Part shown: piece by piece, positions 1 through 13,869 of the stretch
Layout of the letters: every line of letters begins with the position of its first letter
Numbering within the stretch: the first letter of the stretch is position 1
Origin: the human T2T-CHM13v2.0 reference genome, Homo sapiens
DNA length: 64,000 bases
Assembly (NCBI RefSeq): GCF_009914755.1
Contig: NC_060926.1
Reading direction: 5' to 3' (one strand)
Position numbers and translations under genes: made by a program
Notes under the pieces: generated by a model
What the model was told of the DNA's origin: nothing
The model's input: only the letters and a program-made list of their open reading frames with translations
The model's database searches: none

Positions 1-603
1 AATGATGCACTTTTCGAAAAATTTCTCTCCATTCTCTCCAATCATCTCACAAAGACTCCAGAGGAAGGTAAGATGGTGGCTCAGTGCCAATAGCAGTAGG
101 AGTATATAGCCAGAAAATGAGCAAGTTTTCCAACAAAATTGTTGGAAGCTTGATTCTGTGGATCTTTGTGCAAAAAGATACCTTACTAAAAGAGCAAATG
201 GGGACTAAAATCTATTCTGTTTAGTGCTGATGAAACCTCAGGTCATGGAGCAGAGCTACAGCTGTACAAGGGATGCCTCCTCTAATTCACTGTAAGTAGG
301 TATGAGTTAGTGCTGCCATGCTTACAATTTTTCTTTTCATCCATGGGCCAATAGCATACTTCACAGGAATAGGAAACATCCCAATCAAAATCCTTTTACA
401 CTATGTATATGCATACTCATATGACTTTCATGTTTATCAAGCCATTCTGGAGTCTACTTTAAATATCATTTAGCATTAGGGTGGAATTAACCTGTAAATA
501 AATAAACCTTCCTTCATTCAACTGAAACTGATTGTGTATAATATTTGAAAGTTTCTATTATAGAAAAACAATAACAACAAAAAATAGTCATTTAAAAGAC
601 TCA

Positions 604-824
604 GGCAGCAGTGTGTAGAAACTCTAGTTCTGATATTTACTTACTAGATTACCTTGGACTATTTATTTAACTTCATTGAATTTTAGTGTGTTCAAGTATA
701 AAGTGAAGCTCTTAATGCTTATTTCATGAGATTAATTTGAGACTTAGTGAAATAATTATGTAAAACATCTAGTATAATGTCTGGCAATATGATGCATGTA
801 TAATAAGTGATGAGTATTTTTATT
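604..824 (+). mobile_element. MIR SINE, diverged
   Basis: MIR-like core 'accttggactatttatttaacttcattgaa...tataaagtg' and 3' part 'gtgaaataattatgtaaaacatctagtataatgtctggca'; boundaries approximate. Confidence 0.7.
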
Positions 825-1059
825 AACACTCACTGTATTTAATGAAGCCTTGAAAATTATGCCCTGATAATCAACTTTGTTAAACTGTAAGCTATGTGAT
901 GGTAGGAACCATGTCTTATTTATTTGCGTATATAATATCTGCCACATTGTAGGAAAACTATAAATACCTGATGAAATAAATGAAAGGGAATTCTTTGATG
1001 GAACTTAAAAGCAGCAGAGCCAAAGCACAACCAGATATTCAGTTACTCATTTTTCCACA

Positions 1060-1525
1060 CCAATTGCTGGTAGCAAGCCACCAATTTACCAGCAAGCTGG
1101 TATCAATTTAAGGTAGCAAGCCAACTTAAAACTTTGGTATTTAAAACAGCACAATATTCATTTTGCCTACAAATAACAATTTGGGCAGACCTTGGTTGGG
1201 ACTACATACTCTAGTTAGTGTCAGCTGGGGTTATTCAAAGCTGGGGGCCAGAATCCTTTGAAGGCTCACAAATTTACAAGCTGGTCTCTGGTCTAGAAAG
1301 ATTTAAATCGCTGAGAGCTGGACAACTTAGTAGCATTCCTCTTTATCTCTATGTGGTCTTTCCAGCCTGATGGCTTCTAGCTCAGAGCTTCCAAGGCATG
1401 AGTCCTGAGAGAGAAAATGCCAGGCAGAAGATGTACCATGACTGAGATCCACTTGCACTATATTCTCTTCATCAAGTTGTAGAACAGAACATATTATTGC
1501 GGACTGTTTTGAAAATACAATCTAT
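1060..1525 (-). mobile_element. MaLR LTR (MLT1G/H-like)
   Basis: 'aaaactttggtatttaaaacagc...aatttgggcag...tcagctgggg...atgtggtctttccagc...ttttgaaaatacaatct' resembles the reverse-strand MLT1 LTR consensus. Confidence 0.6.
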
Positions 1526-1889
1526 GAAAATCTCATTGGCAATATTGTTCTGTAATTGATCTAAGGTAATCTAACCAGCATTTTGTGACTAAGAGCAATG
1601 AAATACTTTGAGCATTATACCTTTCCTGTTTACAATGACAGTAATGCCTGCAAAATCCTAAGGCACATTTTCTTCAATACACCGTAAGTGCAGGTCATAA
1701 CAAGTCATAATTTTCCAGATATCTTTTCTCTGAACTCCTTGGTCAATTTAGGTGCTTACATTTGCCTCTATCTGCACACCTTCTGCTAGAATCAACATCC
1801 ACCGGTACACATCAAATTAAATATTCTGAATTTCATTGTTTATTCAACAATAACAACAATCACAAAATAAAAACGGAAAATAAAAAATA

Positions 1890-2310
1890 AAGAGAGGGGG
1901 GAACTTATGGCTTGAAAGAGTCTTAAGAGACATGAAAACTATTTATAATAATAGACCTACTAGGTCCTTGATTTAAATAAACAAAAGAAAAAGGTTAGAT
2001 AACTGGGAAATTTGAACTCTGACTCAACATGTGACAATTCTAAGCAATTTTTTAAACTTTTACAAATTATAATAATATTATATGTTTAAATTATAAGACT
2101 GTATATTTTAGTGATAAATACTAATTGAATGATATGAATGAGATGATGTCTGAGATGTACTTCAAAATAAACCAGGGGCAGAAAATGGAGTAATTTAGAT
2201 GGAACTGTGCACACTTTAATAATTGTTGAATATGGATGATAGGGATATGGAAAATTCATTGTTACCTTATTTTTTACTATGTTTGAAATTTTTTTATTTT
2301 AAAAAGTTTG
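1890..2310 (+). mobile_element. Old L1 3' end (L1MC4-like)
   Basis: 'aaagagtcttaagagacat...gataactgggaaatttgaac...gatgtctgagatgtacttcaaaataa...attgttgaa...atgtttgaaatttt' matches the L1MC 3'UTR pattern. Confidence 0.6.
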
Positions 2311-2609
2311 TTTGACTTGTTTTTAAGTTCTGATTTAGAGCTGGAAATCTGTCTCAGAACTTCTGGTCTTAATCTTATCAATGTTTAACTGGTGCCTTGT
2401 TTTTCTCAGACCTCCTCATATGGGCTTCATACTTTTTTATTTCAGTATGGAATAGAGATTAGAATCAAATCCACTGATTATATTCGTCATTGTTTCACAA
2501 TTGTCCAATTTGCTATAATCATTGCTTATGTTGACTTTGTGCTCTTGGAAATCCCAAAAGGCTTACCTTTCTGATCCTTACCCCAACCTCACAAGCTTAA
2601 CCTCGGTCT

Positions 2610-2984
2610 ATATTGGATAACTACTGTTCAAAATATTTGTTGCCCTTCCTTGTTGAAAAATAATCCATCCCTACCCATTGCCATCAAATTTGGTCATAGA
2701 ACTTGCTTTGCCCAGTAGAATGTGAGGAAAGATGTGTGTGATACTTCAAAGATAGGTTATCATGTGATTCTAATATTTTCTTTTCTCCCTGACACAAAAC
2801 CAGCAATGTTTCAGATAGCAGCTGCTACCTTCAGCCTGGATTCCAGAACAGATGTGACTTAGAACAGAGACATAGCCAACCCAGAATGGATATATAGTTA
2901 AAATGAGGAAATAATTTGTTATAAGCCACTTGCTTTGAGGCTGTTTGTTACTGCAGCATAACTTAGCCTAAGCTGCCTGACACA
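2610..2984 (+). mobile_element. MaLR LTR (MLT1I/J-like)
   Basis: 'ggtcatagaacttgctttgcccagtagaatgtgag' and terminus 'taagccact...tttgttactgcagcataacttagccta...ctgacaca'. Confidence 0.75.
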
Positions 2985-3486
2985 AATTCTGTCCAATCAG
3001 CATTTGCTATGGCTTGCTCAGTCCTGGATACACTTTTCCACCCACAACAATCCATCATCTACAAACTAACCTGGTTAAGTTTGATGTTAGATATAAAATG
3101 AGGTCCTAGTTTTATAATTAATGACACGATCATCATAATCTAGATAACTTCATTTGCAATGTCAAAGAGATCTGAGATTAACGTTTATCTGTGTATATTC
3201 ATAGCCAGCTAATCTCTGCAAGAAATTGTTTTGTGATTATTGGTATTATTGTGTTAAGTTGGTAAAATAATGAGCTCAGTTTATTATATGTTCTTAAATA
3301 TCTGGAAACAAGTATTAGAATACTGAATAATAGAAAGTGAACTTTAACAGCAATAAATATTATTGCTCAAGTTTTCATCTTTTTGGTACAAGCACAGTGA
3401 TAGTCCATTAAAATGAGGAATGTGCTACTTCTCTTTTAAGTCAAGAATGCCAGATTAGTTATGCATGAAAAATAAAGTAGTATTTT

Positions 3487-3866
3487 ATATCAGTCAAGAC
3501 AGACTAGGTAACAAACAACCACAAAATCTCGGTGGCTTAGCATCTATAATTTATTTTTGGTTCATGCAAAGTGTGCTATAGGTCAGGACAGTTGTCCTTT
3601 TGGGCAGTTGTCCTCTGTGTGGCAACATAACAATCTAACCTGTTTGAATTTTGCTGCTTCGCCCTCTCAACAAATAATTTTCATGATTAGAATTGAAGAA
3701 ATATTGACTAGAGAATGTTGCTCCAGGGGCTTTTCATTGCCTCCACCTGGGATGGATACATTTCATTGGCCAGTTGGTCACCTGGCCTTACCTAAAGTTA
3801 TGCAAGCTAGCTCAGCGGACTCAAAAAGAAAAGGGATATTGATGAACAGCAGTAATGTCTATGACA
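3487..3866 (-). mobile_element. MaLR LTR (MLT1K/L-like)
   Basis: Begins 'tatcagtcaagacagactagg..taacaaacaaccacaaaatctcggtggctta' and ends 'tgaacagcagtaatgtctatgaca', typical MLT1L ends in reverse orientation. Confidence 0.7.
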
Positions 3867-4131
3867 TGCTCCTTTCATGTTTTAAATAATATAAAAAGAC
3901 AGCCTACTAAGGGATGGTTACATTGATGGAAATGGAAAGAGAGAAAGGTTGCCCACAAAAAATTTAATTCTAGGGTCATCGAATTCCCACCTGTATGCAA
4001 AATAAAATAATGAAAGAAGTGTTTTACCATCAATGCAGTAAGATTACACCAAATTATACAGTACCATCTCCCACTACTGTATTTCTCTCAATAGAAAATA
4101 GGATCTATATCACTGGAAGAATAGAGTTGGC

Positions 4132-4250
4132 AATAATAACAATAACGACAATAATAACAACAATATTGTTAGCTAACATTTGTTGAGGGCTTATTCTATG
4201 TTGGTCATTATTTAAAGAGCTTTACAGGAACTATTTTATGTAAAATGTCC
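4132..4250 (-). mobile_element. MIR fragment
   Basis: (AAT/AAC)n tail then 'gctaacatttgttgagggcttattctatg...agagctttaca'. Confidence 0.5.
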
Positions 4251-5149
4251 TAAACAGAGAAGATCTGGAAAACAGTTACTACTTACCTAGAAAGGTATAT
4301 TTCAAATCTTTTAGCAATAACTAATAAAGTCAAAATTGCTTCAAAGAAAACATGAATGACAATGACACCAAGGAACGTCTGATCTTAATGACAATATCTT
4401 AGTCTATATAGTAGTTTTCATATTTCTTTACATTCTCTTATGATTTGGCAGTAGTTCAAGGATAACATATGTGCATTCCAGTGCTCCAAGTATTTTTGAG
4501 TCTGTGCTAACATAAAATGTGCTTTCACCTCACCAACTTTGTGCTATAATACCAACTGGGGAATATTCTCATGTATGTCAATCAGACATAGGGTAGACAC
4601 TAGATATCTTAATCCTGTCTTAGGTCGGCATGTGGGTGGATGGGGGGAGAACTTAAACAAAGAAATTAGAAGACTGTCTAAGCCCTTATAAAAAATAAGG
4701 GAAGAGGCATACAAAACTCAGTACAGTAAGGTGGAGAAGAATATGATAAGGAGGACACACAAGCACCTGTAAAAGGTATTGGTAAACTTTTACTTCTTAA
4801 GCTGGTATGGGGTATATAGGTATTTTTTATTTTAAAATGCATATATGCTATACACATTTGCATAGCATAATTTCACAAACAGAAGAAAAGTTTTTTGTGG
4901 GCAAAAACCTATACAAACACAAAATCACAGCTATATTTGTTTCCTCAAATCACCTTATAAATTTATTTTTGCAATGTTGAATAAAATACTTCAGGAGAAG
5001 GTGATAATTCAAAAAATATTTTCAGGCATAGTGACAATTTTCATTGATAGGTAGTTACACACAGTGGAAATATGTCAGAATTAATTGGGTTTGAATTAAC
5101 AGTCAATCCCCAACACTAAACTATCAGGTACAGATTTTATGAGTGAAAG

Positions 5150-5760
5150 CACTCTTGTGACTTCTAACTTGTCTCTCTGGGTTTTCCGGCTGTCCATTAG
5201 ATATATCCTTAAGGCTGATGCCAGTGTACCTTTGGAAAATGCAGATCTGACGCCTGATTCCTGCTTAACATCCTTCAGGGTCACTTGAATTTCCATGGAA
5301 TGGTATCAGGGCCCTTACCTTCATTTTAAGGTTTACCTTCCTCTACTCTCATCATGTGATAAAAATGTACTCAGCCACATGCCGTCTCTCTCCCTTGCTT
5401 TTTTCTTTTTCAACTTCCTGCTTTCATATGCTGGACTCTTTTTCAGGTACGTCCTTCTCCACCTTATCTGCCTGGCAAACTGCTACTCACGGTGTAAAAT
5501 TTAGCTCAATTCCTTACCTCTTCTTAAAAATTCTCCTGACTTTTCTAAGTGGATTTCAATACTTGCTCCTTAAGCTCTCCCAGCCCTTGCCTGCACCTCC
5601 ATAGTTACACTTAATGCATTTTGTTTGAATCTGTCTCTCCCACTGGAATGGGAGCAAAATGAGAGTTAAGCCCTATTCTATTCATTTTTGTATACTTAGG
5701 GTTTAGAATAGTTACTGAAACATACTGGGCACTTAATAAAAGTTTATTAAGTGAATGACT
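5150..5760 (+). mobile_element. L2 LINE 3' fragment
   Basis: 'aaaatgcagatctga...cctgcttaacatccttca', 'tctgtctctcccactggaatg' and L2 terminus 'gggcacttaataaaagtttattaagtgaatga'. Confidence 0.7.
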
Positions 5761-5944
5761 AGAAATGGACGTAGATAAGAATCTTTAGAGCTAAATGTGC
5801 AGAATCTCCAATACAACTGAAGCTGGTTTCCCTCAAGTTTGATTAAATAATTAGCAAATGAGTCATATTATTTCTTGCTTAACATGATAATGATCTTCTC
5901 CTTATATCTCACCTAATGACTTATACTGTGGTTTACATGGATTT

Positions 5945-6160
5945 CATGTGTCATGAACTGGGCACTAGGTTGATGCTTTGCATGCACTCCTCTAGTCTTC
6001 ACATCAGTCCTTCTAAAATGAACATTGTTATCCCCATTTCACGGAGAAAACCTAAAGTCTGGAATAATTGGGTAACTTATCCAAAATAAGATAGCTAAAA
6101 ATTGGTAGACTCAACCTCCGACTATTCTCCAGATGGGTATAGTATAACTCTACTGCACAA
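5945..6160 (-). mobile_element. MIR SINE
   Basis: 'attgttatccccatttcacggagaaaacctaaag...ggtaacttatccaaaataaga' is the reverse MIR core. Confidence 0.65.
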
Positions 6161-7879
6161 GAAAATGTACCAGGGATTATACAGGTATGATGATTTTTCA
6201 ATCTTCAATAACACAAACCACTAGCAAGCCTGGGTGATTTATTCCCAGATAACCTATTCTCAGACTACAGATTTTCCCAAGGGCCTGTTCCTACATCCAT
6301 GATGGAAGTATGTGAAGACCTTGAATCTAGAAGCAGGAAGATCATCTCCCTTTAAAATTAAAGTCTGCATTTCTGAACTATGGGAAAGGAAAAATGTTTT
6401 AGTAACTCATTTTGAGAGTTTTCGTTTATACAGTCTGGGTAAACACTTCCATTTTGGTCATCAATATTTGCTGTCACTTCCCTTAAGAATAACAAAAGTC
6501 TAAAGCTTCTGGCTTTCTACTCACATTTCAGTAAGTAAAACAAAATAGCCTATATTTTGTCTAGTGTGATCCCTAGATGGAGATTCAGATCCATTACTTT
6601 ATCATTTTTTAAAGTAAAATTGTTTCACAACCATATCTAGATCATTCTATTTCTAATAAAATATTTGATCACTCCTGACAATTCTGAAAGGTCTATGAAA
6701 CTTTGCTTTTTACCTGTGTTTGAGCCTATAGAAATCATTTATTTAAACTTTGTCCTTATTTTCCTTTGCTAAAGCAATAAGGAACAACTTATCTTTGTTT
6801 TTTTAATGGGTAGTCTTTTGTTCATTGACTGGAAGATGATTATCAATTCAATTGACTGTTTAGTTTATTGAATGTTGGTGATTTATAAAATATTGTGTAT
6901 AAAATGCATAATTAAAAGATATATACAAGAAAGATGTCCAAAGACAAATCTCCATAACTAAAATAGAAGACCTGTCTATAACTTTGAGGGTATAAATCCA
7001 ATAAAAGGCAATGTGCTCCAAAGTAGCTATATTCATGCATGAAGTGCTTAATGAAATATGCTATTTCTAGTACAAATAATTGCCTTTGTTTCCATCATCT
7101 TGACTGGTGCATCATAGCAACCTACAGAATAGTGTACATTTTATCCTGAACTACAATCAGGCAGTTCATAAAACTAATGGAAATGAAGATTTTGCTGTTT
7201 GAAGTGGTCAAATTTCCATTTTCAAACACAACACAGGTTATAACCACTGATGGTATTTGGGTTTGCTTTTGAGTTTTAGGATAATAGCATATTATAAAGA
7301 AAATCTACCAATTTTTTTCAGTTGAACTATGAGAGAAAAAGGCCCATTATCTGCCTGGAAGAAAAGCAAACGCACATGGTGTTTTTAAATCAAAAATATA
7401 TATTTGTTTGTAGCTATGTGCTATTTGCAAATTTAAGATCATTAGTCCTGCTTAAGAGACCAGAGAATTTGTACAAGCAGATAAAATTCTTTCTTCTCTT
7501 ACTTTTAAATCTATTTTAGAAATAAAAAAATTTTTTAAAAAGCAGTGTGAGAGAGCACTTTTTCTTCCTATTTCAGTGGTCTGTGATCCATAAAATCTAA
7601 GTGGTTATTTAGAACAATCCAACCTGAATGGATATATGTTGTTACATATCTTTGCCTTTCTAATAGTTTTCCTTCTGAATATTCCTTCCACCTATCTTTC
7701 TCTGTATGTAATTGAAAACCCCAAAGGCTTTCTTCTACTTCAACTCAAATCCCACTTCTCCTTGGAGTACTTCACCACCTAAACCTCCTAACCCAGTGAT
7801 CTTATTTATTCAACAAATACTTTGGAAGAGACAGCCTAAAGATCGTCCTCCATAACCTCTACTCAAGTTAGGAAAAATT

Positions 7880-8520
7880 TGCTACAAGATTCCTAACATA
7901 TTTAACTGTTGGTTGAATCCTTTCAACTATGGGGAGCTCATTTCTTTGTGAAGCACCAGTTCCTAAAACATCTTCCCCCTAGGTAAGCTAAAATCTACCT
8001 GCCTGTAATCTTTATGTATAGGTCTCTGTTCTGCTTCTTAAGAACAGACTGAAGTGATTAAATCCCTCTTTCAAGTAATGGTCCTTCAAAAAGTTGACAA
8101 AAGGTGTCGCGTTTCACTCCTGCATTAGCTCCAAGTCAAAATAGAAGACCTGTCTTATATGCCCAATTTCTTCCACTAATCTCCATTAGGTACACATTCT
8201 AGTTACCCCATAATGTTGATCTTCTTCCACATACACTTCAGGTAAGTGATATTCCTTTTTAAAATATCACTCTAATAACTGCTCTGTATTTTGATATTAG
8301 TGGTGTTTATGTGATCTTATACACTTACCAAGACATCAAACTACATTCAAAATGTGTGAATTTTTAGGAAATATAAATGATACCTTAGTAAAAAACAAAG
8401 ATACTGGGGCAAAGATATTCACCTAAATGGAACACGGTACCTCAGAAATATAATCAGAAAATAATGCACCGAAGCTCGCAACTCTCTGTTTCTGGACACC
8501 ATTTTTCTTTTTAAATTTTT
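7880..8520 (-). mobile_element. L3/CR1 LINE fragment, interrupted by an L1ME-like 3' fragment at ~8280-8400
   Basis: 'atggggagctcatt...aaaatctacctgcctgtaatcttt...ggtctctgttctgc...aatccctctttcaagtaatggtccttcaaa' follows the L3 consensus and resumes after 8420 ('gaacacggtacctcag'). Confidence 0.55.
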
Positions 8521-8676
8521 CATCCACAATAATACTGGTAAATATGCAGTCAAGAAAAATTGCAAGGATCTTCTACCATTTGTGGAAAATTATACACAAT
8601 TAATTTTATAGGCCAAACATAATTCTAAACATACATTCCAGATTTATTTCTTTTTAACTTCTATGTATCTTCAATG

Positions 8677-9285
8677 TTCATTCATTCACTCAGCACACAT
8701 TTATGGAACCTATATTATAAGCCAAGGTAAACAAAAGACTTATGTACCCTGCCCTCTTATAGCTTACAGCCACTTGCAGGGAAATAGTGTGAAACAAAAG
8801 CAAGAGAACAAGAAAAATAATTACCATTTGTATTAATGTAACGGGGGATGGGTGCTGAGATAAAGAATAGCTTGAGAAGATGGGTAGACAAACCCAATTT
8901 AAACTGAAAGTTTAAGGAAGATAACATAAAGGAATTCACATTTAATTTACAACTTTAAGGTTATGTTACAAGAAGCAATGAGGGGAAGATGTAGAAAAAT
9001 CATAATATAGGCCAGGAAAACAGAGCTTAGCTTGTTTGAGGAAAAAACTGACTGCCAGAACTGTAAGAGTAACATGGAAGACATGAGCAAGAAATACAGG
9101 AGGAGAGTTAGGCTGTACTAAATCATGTAGGCTATCATAAAGGAACAGATTTTTTTTCCTATATGCTTTAAGAAGCCATTATCAGATTTTCAATAGAAGA
9201 ATGATATCATCCAAATGCAAATTTTACAAAAATCACATCACCTGATGTGTATGTAATAGATTGGATGTTGACAAGAGGAGAAATG
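8677..9285 (-). mobile_element. L2 LINE 3' fragment
   Basis: Starts with 'ttcattcattcactcagcacacatttat', then 'ccctgccctcttatagcttacag' and 'aagccattatcagattttcaatagaagaatgata'. Confidence 0.75.
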
Positions 9286-9399
9286 AAAACACATCAATAC
9301 AAATATAGAATATAGAACAGGGATAGGCCTGGACCACAATACTTGAGACCTCCTCTTAGATCAAGATATGTCATCACCTTTTAAATAGGATTATTCAAC

Positions 9400-9640
9400 C
9401 TACGTTCTCAAAAGTGTAATGCACACACTTTTTGGGTATGCAAAATGATCCTTTGAGATAAGAAAAGAATAATATGAAATTTCTATTTATGTTAATTTTA
9501 TCCCTTAAAATATTCTGAGACATTTGTTGCCTACTTCATAATATACATATTGTACTACCTTCATCCTTATATGTATTACATATAAGCACATGTATAATAA
9601 GGGAGAAGCTTTAAAAGTTATGTTGATATAAATTTAACCA
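9400..9640. mobile_element. Possible hAT-Charlie-type DNA transposon fragment
   Basis: 'gttctcaaaagtgtaatgcacac...gggtatgcaaaatgatcctttgag...tttctatttatg' resembles Charlie-family non-autonomous elements; heavily diverged. Confidence 0.35.
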
Positions 9641-11054
9641 GCTGATACTCCATTTAAACTATGATCCAGTGTGTGTGTGTATCTCTTGTCCATAAGTCTG
9701 TGTCATACATATTTGCTTGAGCCTTCCTCTCTCAAACAATATGGCTATAATGGCTTTAGATCACTACACATTTCTGTTAGTAGTAACAATTCTAGGTTCC
9801 ACTCTGTTTTGTATTTAAACTCTTTAGGAAGGAAAGAAATGATTACAAAAGTTTAAGCATTGCTGAAAAGTGAATGGTCATATAGTCATCTTTAAAATGA
9901 CAGAAATATTGAACAATTTTTAAATTATTAGCCACAATTAAAAGCATAATACAATTTATAATTACCCCCAAAGCCCCACAATTAACAAAACATCTTATGT
10001 GTAAACCTACAAAATAAATATCATATCTATACGCTGCAAATTATATAATGCTGATGAAAGAAAGATCTTAGTAAATGTAGAGATATGCCATGAGCATAGG
10101 TTGGAATGCTCAACATACTAAAGGTGTCAGTTCTATCTAAATTGATCTGTAGGTTTACTGCATGCAGGTCTTATTAAAATTCCAGCAAGATTCTAGCCAG
10201 TAGAGTGAATCACTCTACCAGATATAAGGGCCTACTAGATAGCTAATAATCAATGTTATGTGGTATTGACAGAGGGGCAGACACACAGATCAATGGGACA
10301 GAATAAAGAGCCCAGAAGCAGACTAATATAAATATGCTAAACTGATTTTAACAAAGGTGCAAAAGCAATCCAATGGAGAAAAGTAAGCCTTTTCAACAAA
10401 TTGGGCTGGAACAACTGTATATCGATAGTCGAAAAAATGACACCCAACTTAAATCTCACATTTTATATGAAAATTAACTCATAATGGATTACAGATTTAA
10501 AACTTTAGAAAAAGTTAAGAAAAAAATACTTCCAGAAAAAAAACAGGATAAAAATATTTGGGATCTAGGCCAGGCAAAAATTTTTAGAATGACAACAAAA
10601 GCATAAATTATAAGAGAAAACAAACTGGACGTTATCAAAATTAAAATCTTTGATCTGTAAAAGCTCATGTGAAGATGAAAAGACAGACTAGAGACTGGGA
10701 GAAAATACATGCAAACCACATAACAGACCAAAAAAAAAAAAAAAAAGACAGTATCTGGAATATACAAAAACTCTCAAAACTGAAGAATTTTTAAAAATTA
10801 ATTACAAATTAGGAAAAATACATGGAAAGATATTTGCCTGAAAGAATAGACAAATGCAAAATAAGCAAATGAAAAGATGCTCAACATAATTAGCCATCAG
10901 AAAAATGAAAATCATAAACCACAATCAATATTACTGTAAATCTATTAGAATACTTAGGGGAAAAAATAGTGACACCACCAAATGGTGGTGAGAATTTGAA
11001 GAAACTGAACCATTTAAACATTGGTGGTGAGAATGCAAAATGGTCCAGTTGTTC

Positions 11055-11241
11055 TTTTTTGGTTTTTTGTTTGTTTGTTTGTTTGTTTGTTTTAGACAGT
11101 GTCTCACTCTGTTGAGTGCAGGCTAGAGTGAAGTGGCACAATCATGGCTCACTGCAGCCTCAACTTCCTGGGCTCAAGAGATCCTCCTGCCTCAGCCTCT
11201 GGAGTAGCTGGGAATACAAGCATGTGCCACCATGCCCAGCC
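11055..11241 (-). mobile_element. Alu right-arm monomer (FRAM/AluJ-like)
   Basis: Reverse Alu right arm with a (TTTG)n tail, ending 'ccaccatgcccagcc' with no left arm. A degraded TSD lies in the host L1 ('tggtccagttgttc' / 'tagcacagccattc'). Confidence 0.85.
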
Positions 11242-11268
11242 TAGCACAGCCATTCTTGAAAACAGTTG

Positions 11269-11574
<306 letters not shown>

Positions 11575-11911
11575 TCAATTTCTTATCAAACTCAACATGC
11601 AATTACCATATGACTCAACCACTGAACATTCGTGTATTTGTCTCATATAAATGAAAACTTATGTTCACACAAAAATCTGTACACAAATGTTCACAGCAGT
11701 TTATTTGTAACAGCTAAAAAATGAAAAACCCCAGACATCCTTTCTTGAGTGAATGGTTAAACAAATTGCGGTACATCTATACAATGGAAGTCTACTTAGG
11801 AATAAAAAGAAACAAACCGTTGATACACACAACTTAGATACATGTCCAGGAATTAGGCTGAGTGAAAAGTGTCAATCCCTAAACATTAAATATTTTATGA
11901 TTTCATGTATA

Positions 11912-12211
11912 CAGTCATCCTTCAGTATCTGCAGGAGATTGTTTCCAAGATCCCCAGGGATACCAAAATCCACACATGCTCAAATCCCATATATAAAATG
12001 GAATAGTATTTGCATACAACCTACACACATCCGCCTGTATATATTAAATTATTTCTAGATTACTTATTATATAAATACAATGCAAATATTTCTTAATCTG
12101 TATTTTAAAATTTGTATTTTTTATTATTGTATTATATTTTATTTTTCTGAATATTTTTGACCCACAGTTGGTTAAATTTGTGGATGTGGAACTCAGAGAG
12201 AGAGCCAAATG
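11912..12211 (+). mobile_element. MER2 (TcMar-Tigger) MITE
   Basis: 'cagtcatccttcagtatctgc...gataccaaaatccac..atgctcaaatcccatatataaaatgg' matches MER2. It is flanked by TA dinucleotides (11910-11911, 12212-12213) and inserted in the L1MC1. Confidence 0.85.
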
Positions 12212-12624
12212 TATAACAGGTTCAAAATGACAAAATTGTAAAAATAGCAAAAGGATGGGGAAGGAAGTTGGTGTGGCAACAGGAGAGATACTTTTCATGT
12301 TGGAGCTGTTCTGTATCTTTATCGATGTCAATATTTTGCTTATGATCTGATACTATTACACTAATGTTGTAAGCTATAAGCACTGGGGGAAATTAGTATA
12401 AGGTATGTGTGATGTCTCTCTATTATTTCTTCCAATTATGTGTGAATCTATAATTTTCTCAAATTAAAAAGTTGAAGAAAATATAAGAATATAAGATTCA
12501 ATTAATGTATAATTAGTGTTATATTTTTAAAATAGAGCATTCACCCCAATCCTTAAAATATATTAGTTATGTGGGAATTTCTAAAGAAAAATTTCACAAT
12601 CAAAATAAAATATTTGAATATATA

Positions 12625-12682
12625 TGTGTGTGTGTGTGTGTGTGTGTCTGTGTGTGTGTGCGAGTGTCTGTGTGTGTGTGTG
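12625..12682. repeat. (TG)n microsatellite, interrupted
   Basis: Direct reading. Confidence 0.95.
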
Positions 12683-13440
12683 CATGTATATACATGTAAA
12701 AATATATTTCGGCAGGGGAGCTGGGCATCAATAAAGCCCATTTTCATGCCTTCCATAAGGTTCATTTAAGCTTATTTTCCCATATGGGGAATATGACAGA
12801 ATGGAAAATATTCTGCCCAGAACTTATCAAAATTTCTTCCAATGGTTAAAATGTTAAGAAAGGTAAAATACTAATTTTTAATCCAGAATTTCAAATCAAA
12901 TATTTTAAATTAATAAAATAATTATCTTTAATATAATACATACTTCCTAATAGAGTTAATATATAAGTAGCACTCTTGCTTATGTGTATTTTCCTCTACA
13001 TGGAATTTTAAAGTGATTGAATCTTCCTGCCCATCTTGTATACTAATGACTAATTCATAAAAGTTTAGTCATTTCAATAAATTCAGAAGCAGAAATGAGG
13101 CTCATGAGCCATGCACATATATGTATTTAGAATTGCTGTTCAGCACAATAATCATAAAAACGTAAATAATATACATAGAAAAAAATAACTGGAAAGAAAT
13201 TCTTACCATGTGGTTAGTGGTAATGTTAGGATGTGGAGGGCATATATATGGCACTCCTTCGTGTATCACAGCAGACATTATCAATCAATTACAGGTACTG
13301 TGGCCAAAGAATCTTTCTCAACCCTCTGTGCTAGAGTCATCACAAACATGTTAAATTTAGCAATCAAATTAAAATATTTTCCATTCCTTTGTGAGAAACT
13401 GTGTTGTGAACTATTTTTCAAATTTTCTATAGTCTGTTAC

Positions 13441-13626
<186 letters not shown>

Positions 13627-13869
13627 TAATATGATTACATATTAAATAACTTAAAATTTTAAGCTGGCATCAAAACTATCCAAAAGAAATATATTTCTTA
13701 TCCCAAGAAGACTTGTTTAATGGGAAATTTTTACTATCAAAATTAAGAGAATAAAATACTTGAACTTTTTATGAGAGAATAATTCCAAATGTTAGGGAGG
13801 TGTCAGAATTGTTTCATGAACCAAAAATGTGACAAAGATTTGTATGTTCAGGGATAGAAATCAAGTCTT

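Noticed and set aside
4275-4300. Minus-strand 'cctttctag|gtaagt' recursive-site-like motif
   Set aside because: Short pyrimidine tract, adjacent to a MIR fragment, and no supporting exon features seen. Worth revisiting only if the host gene is on the minus strand.
7965-7990. Plus-strand 'cttccccctag|gtaagc' motif
   Set aside because: It falls inside a decayed L3/CR1 element and is most likely a chance match.
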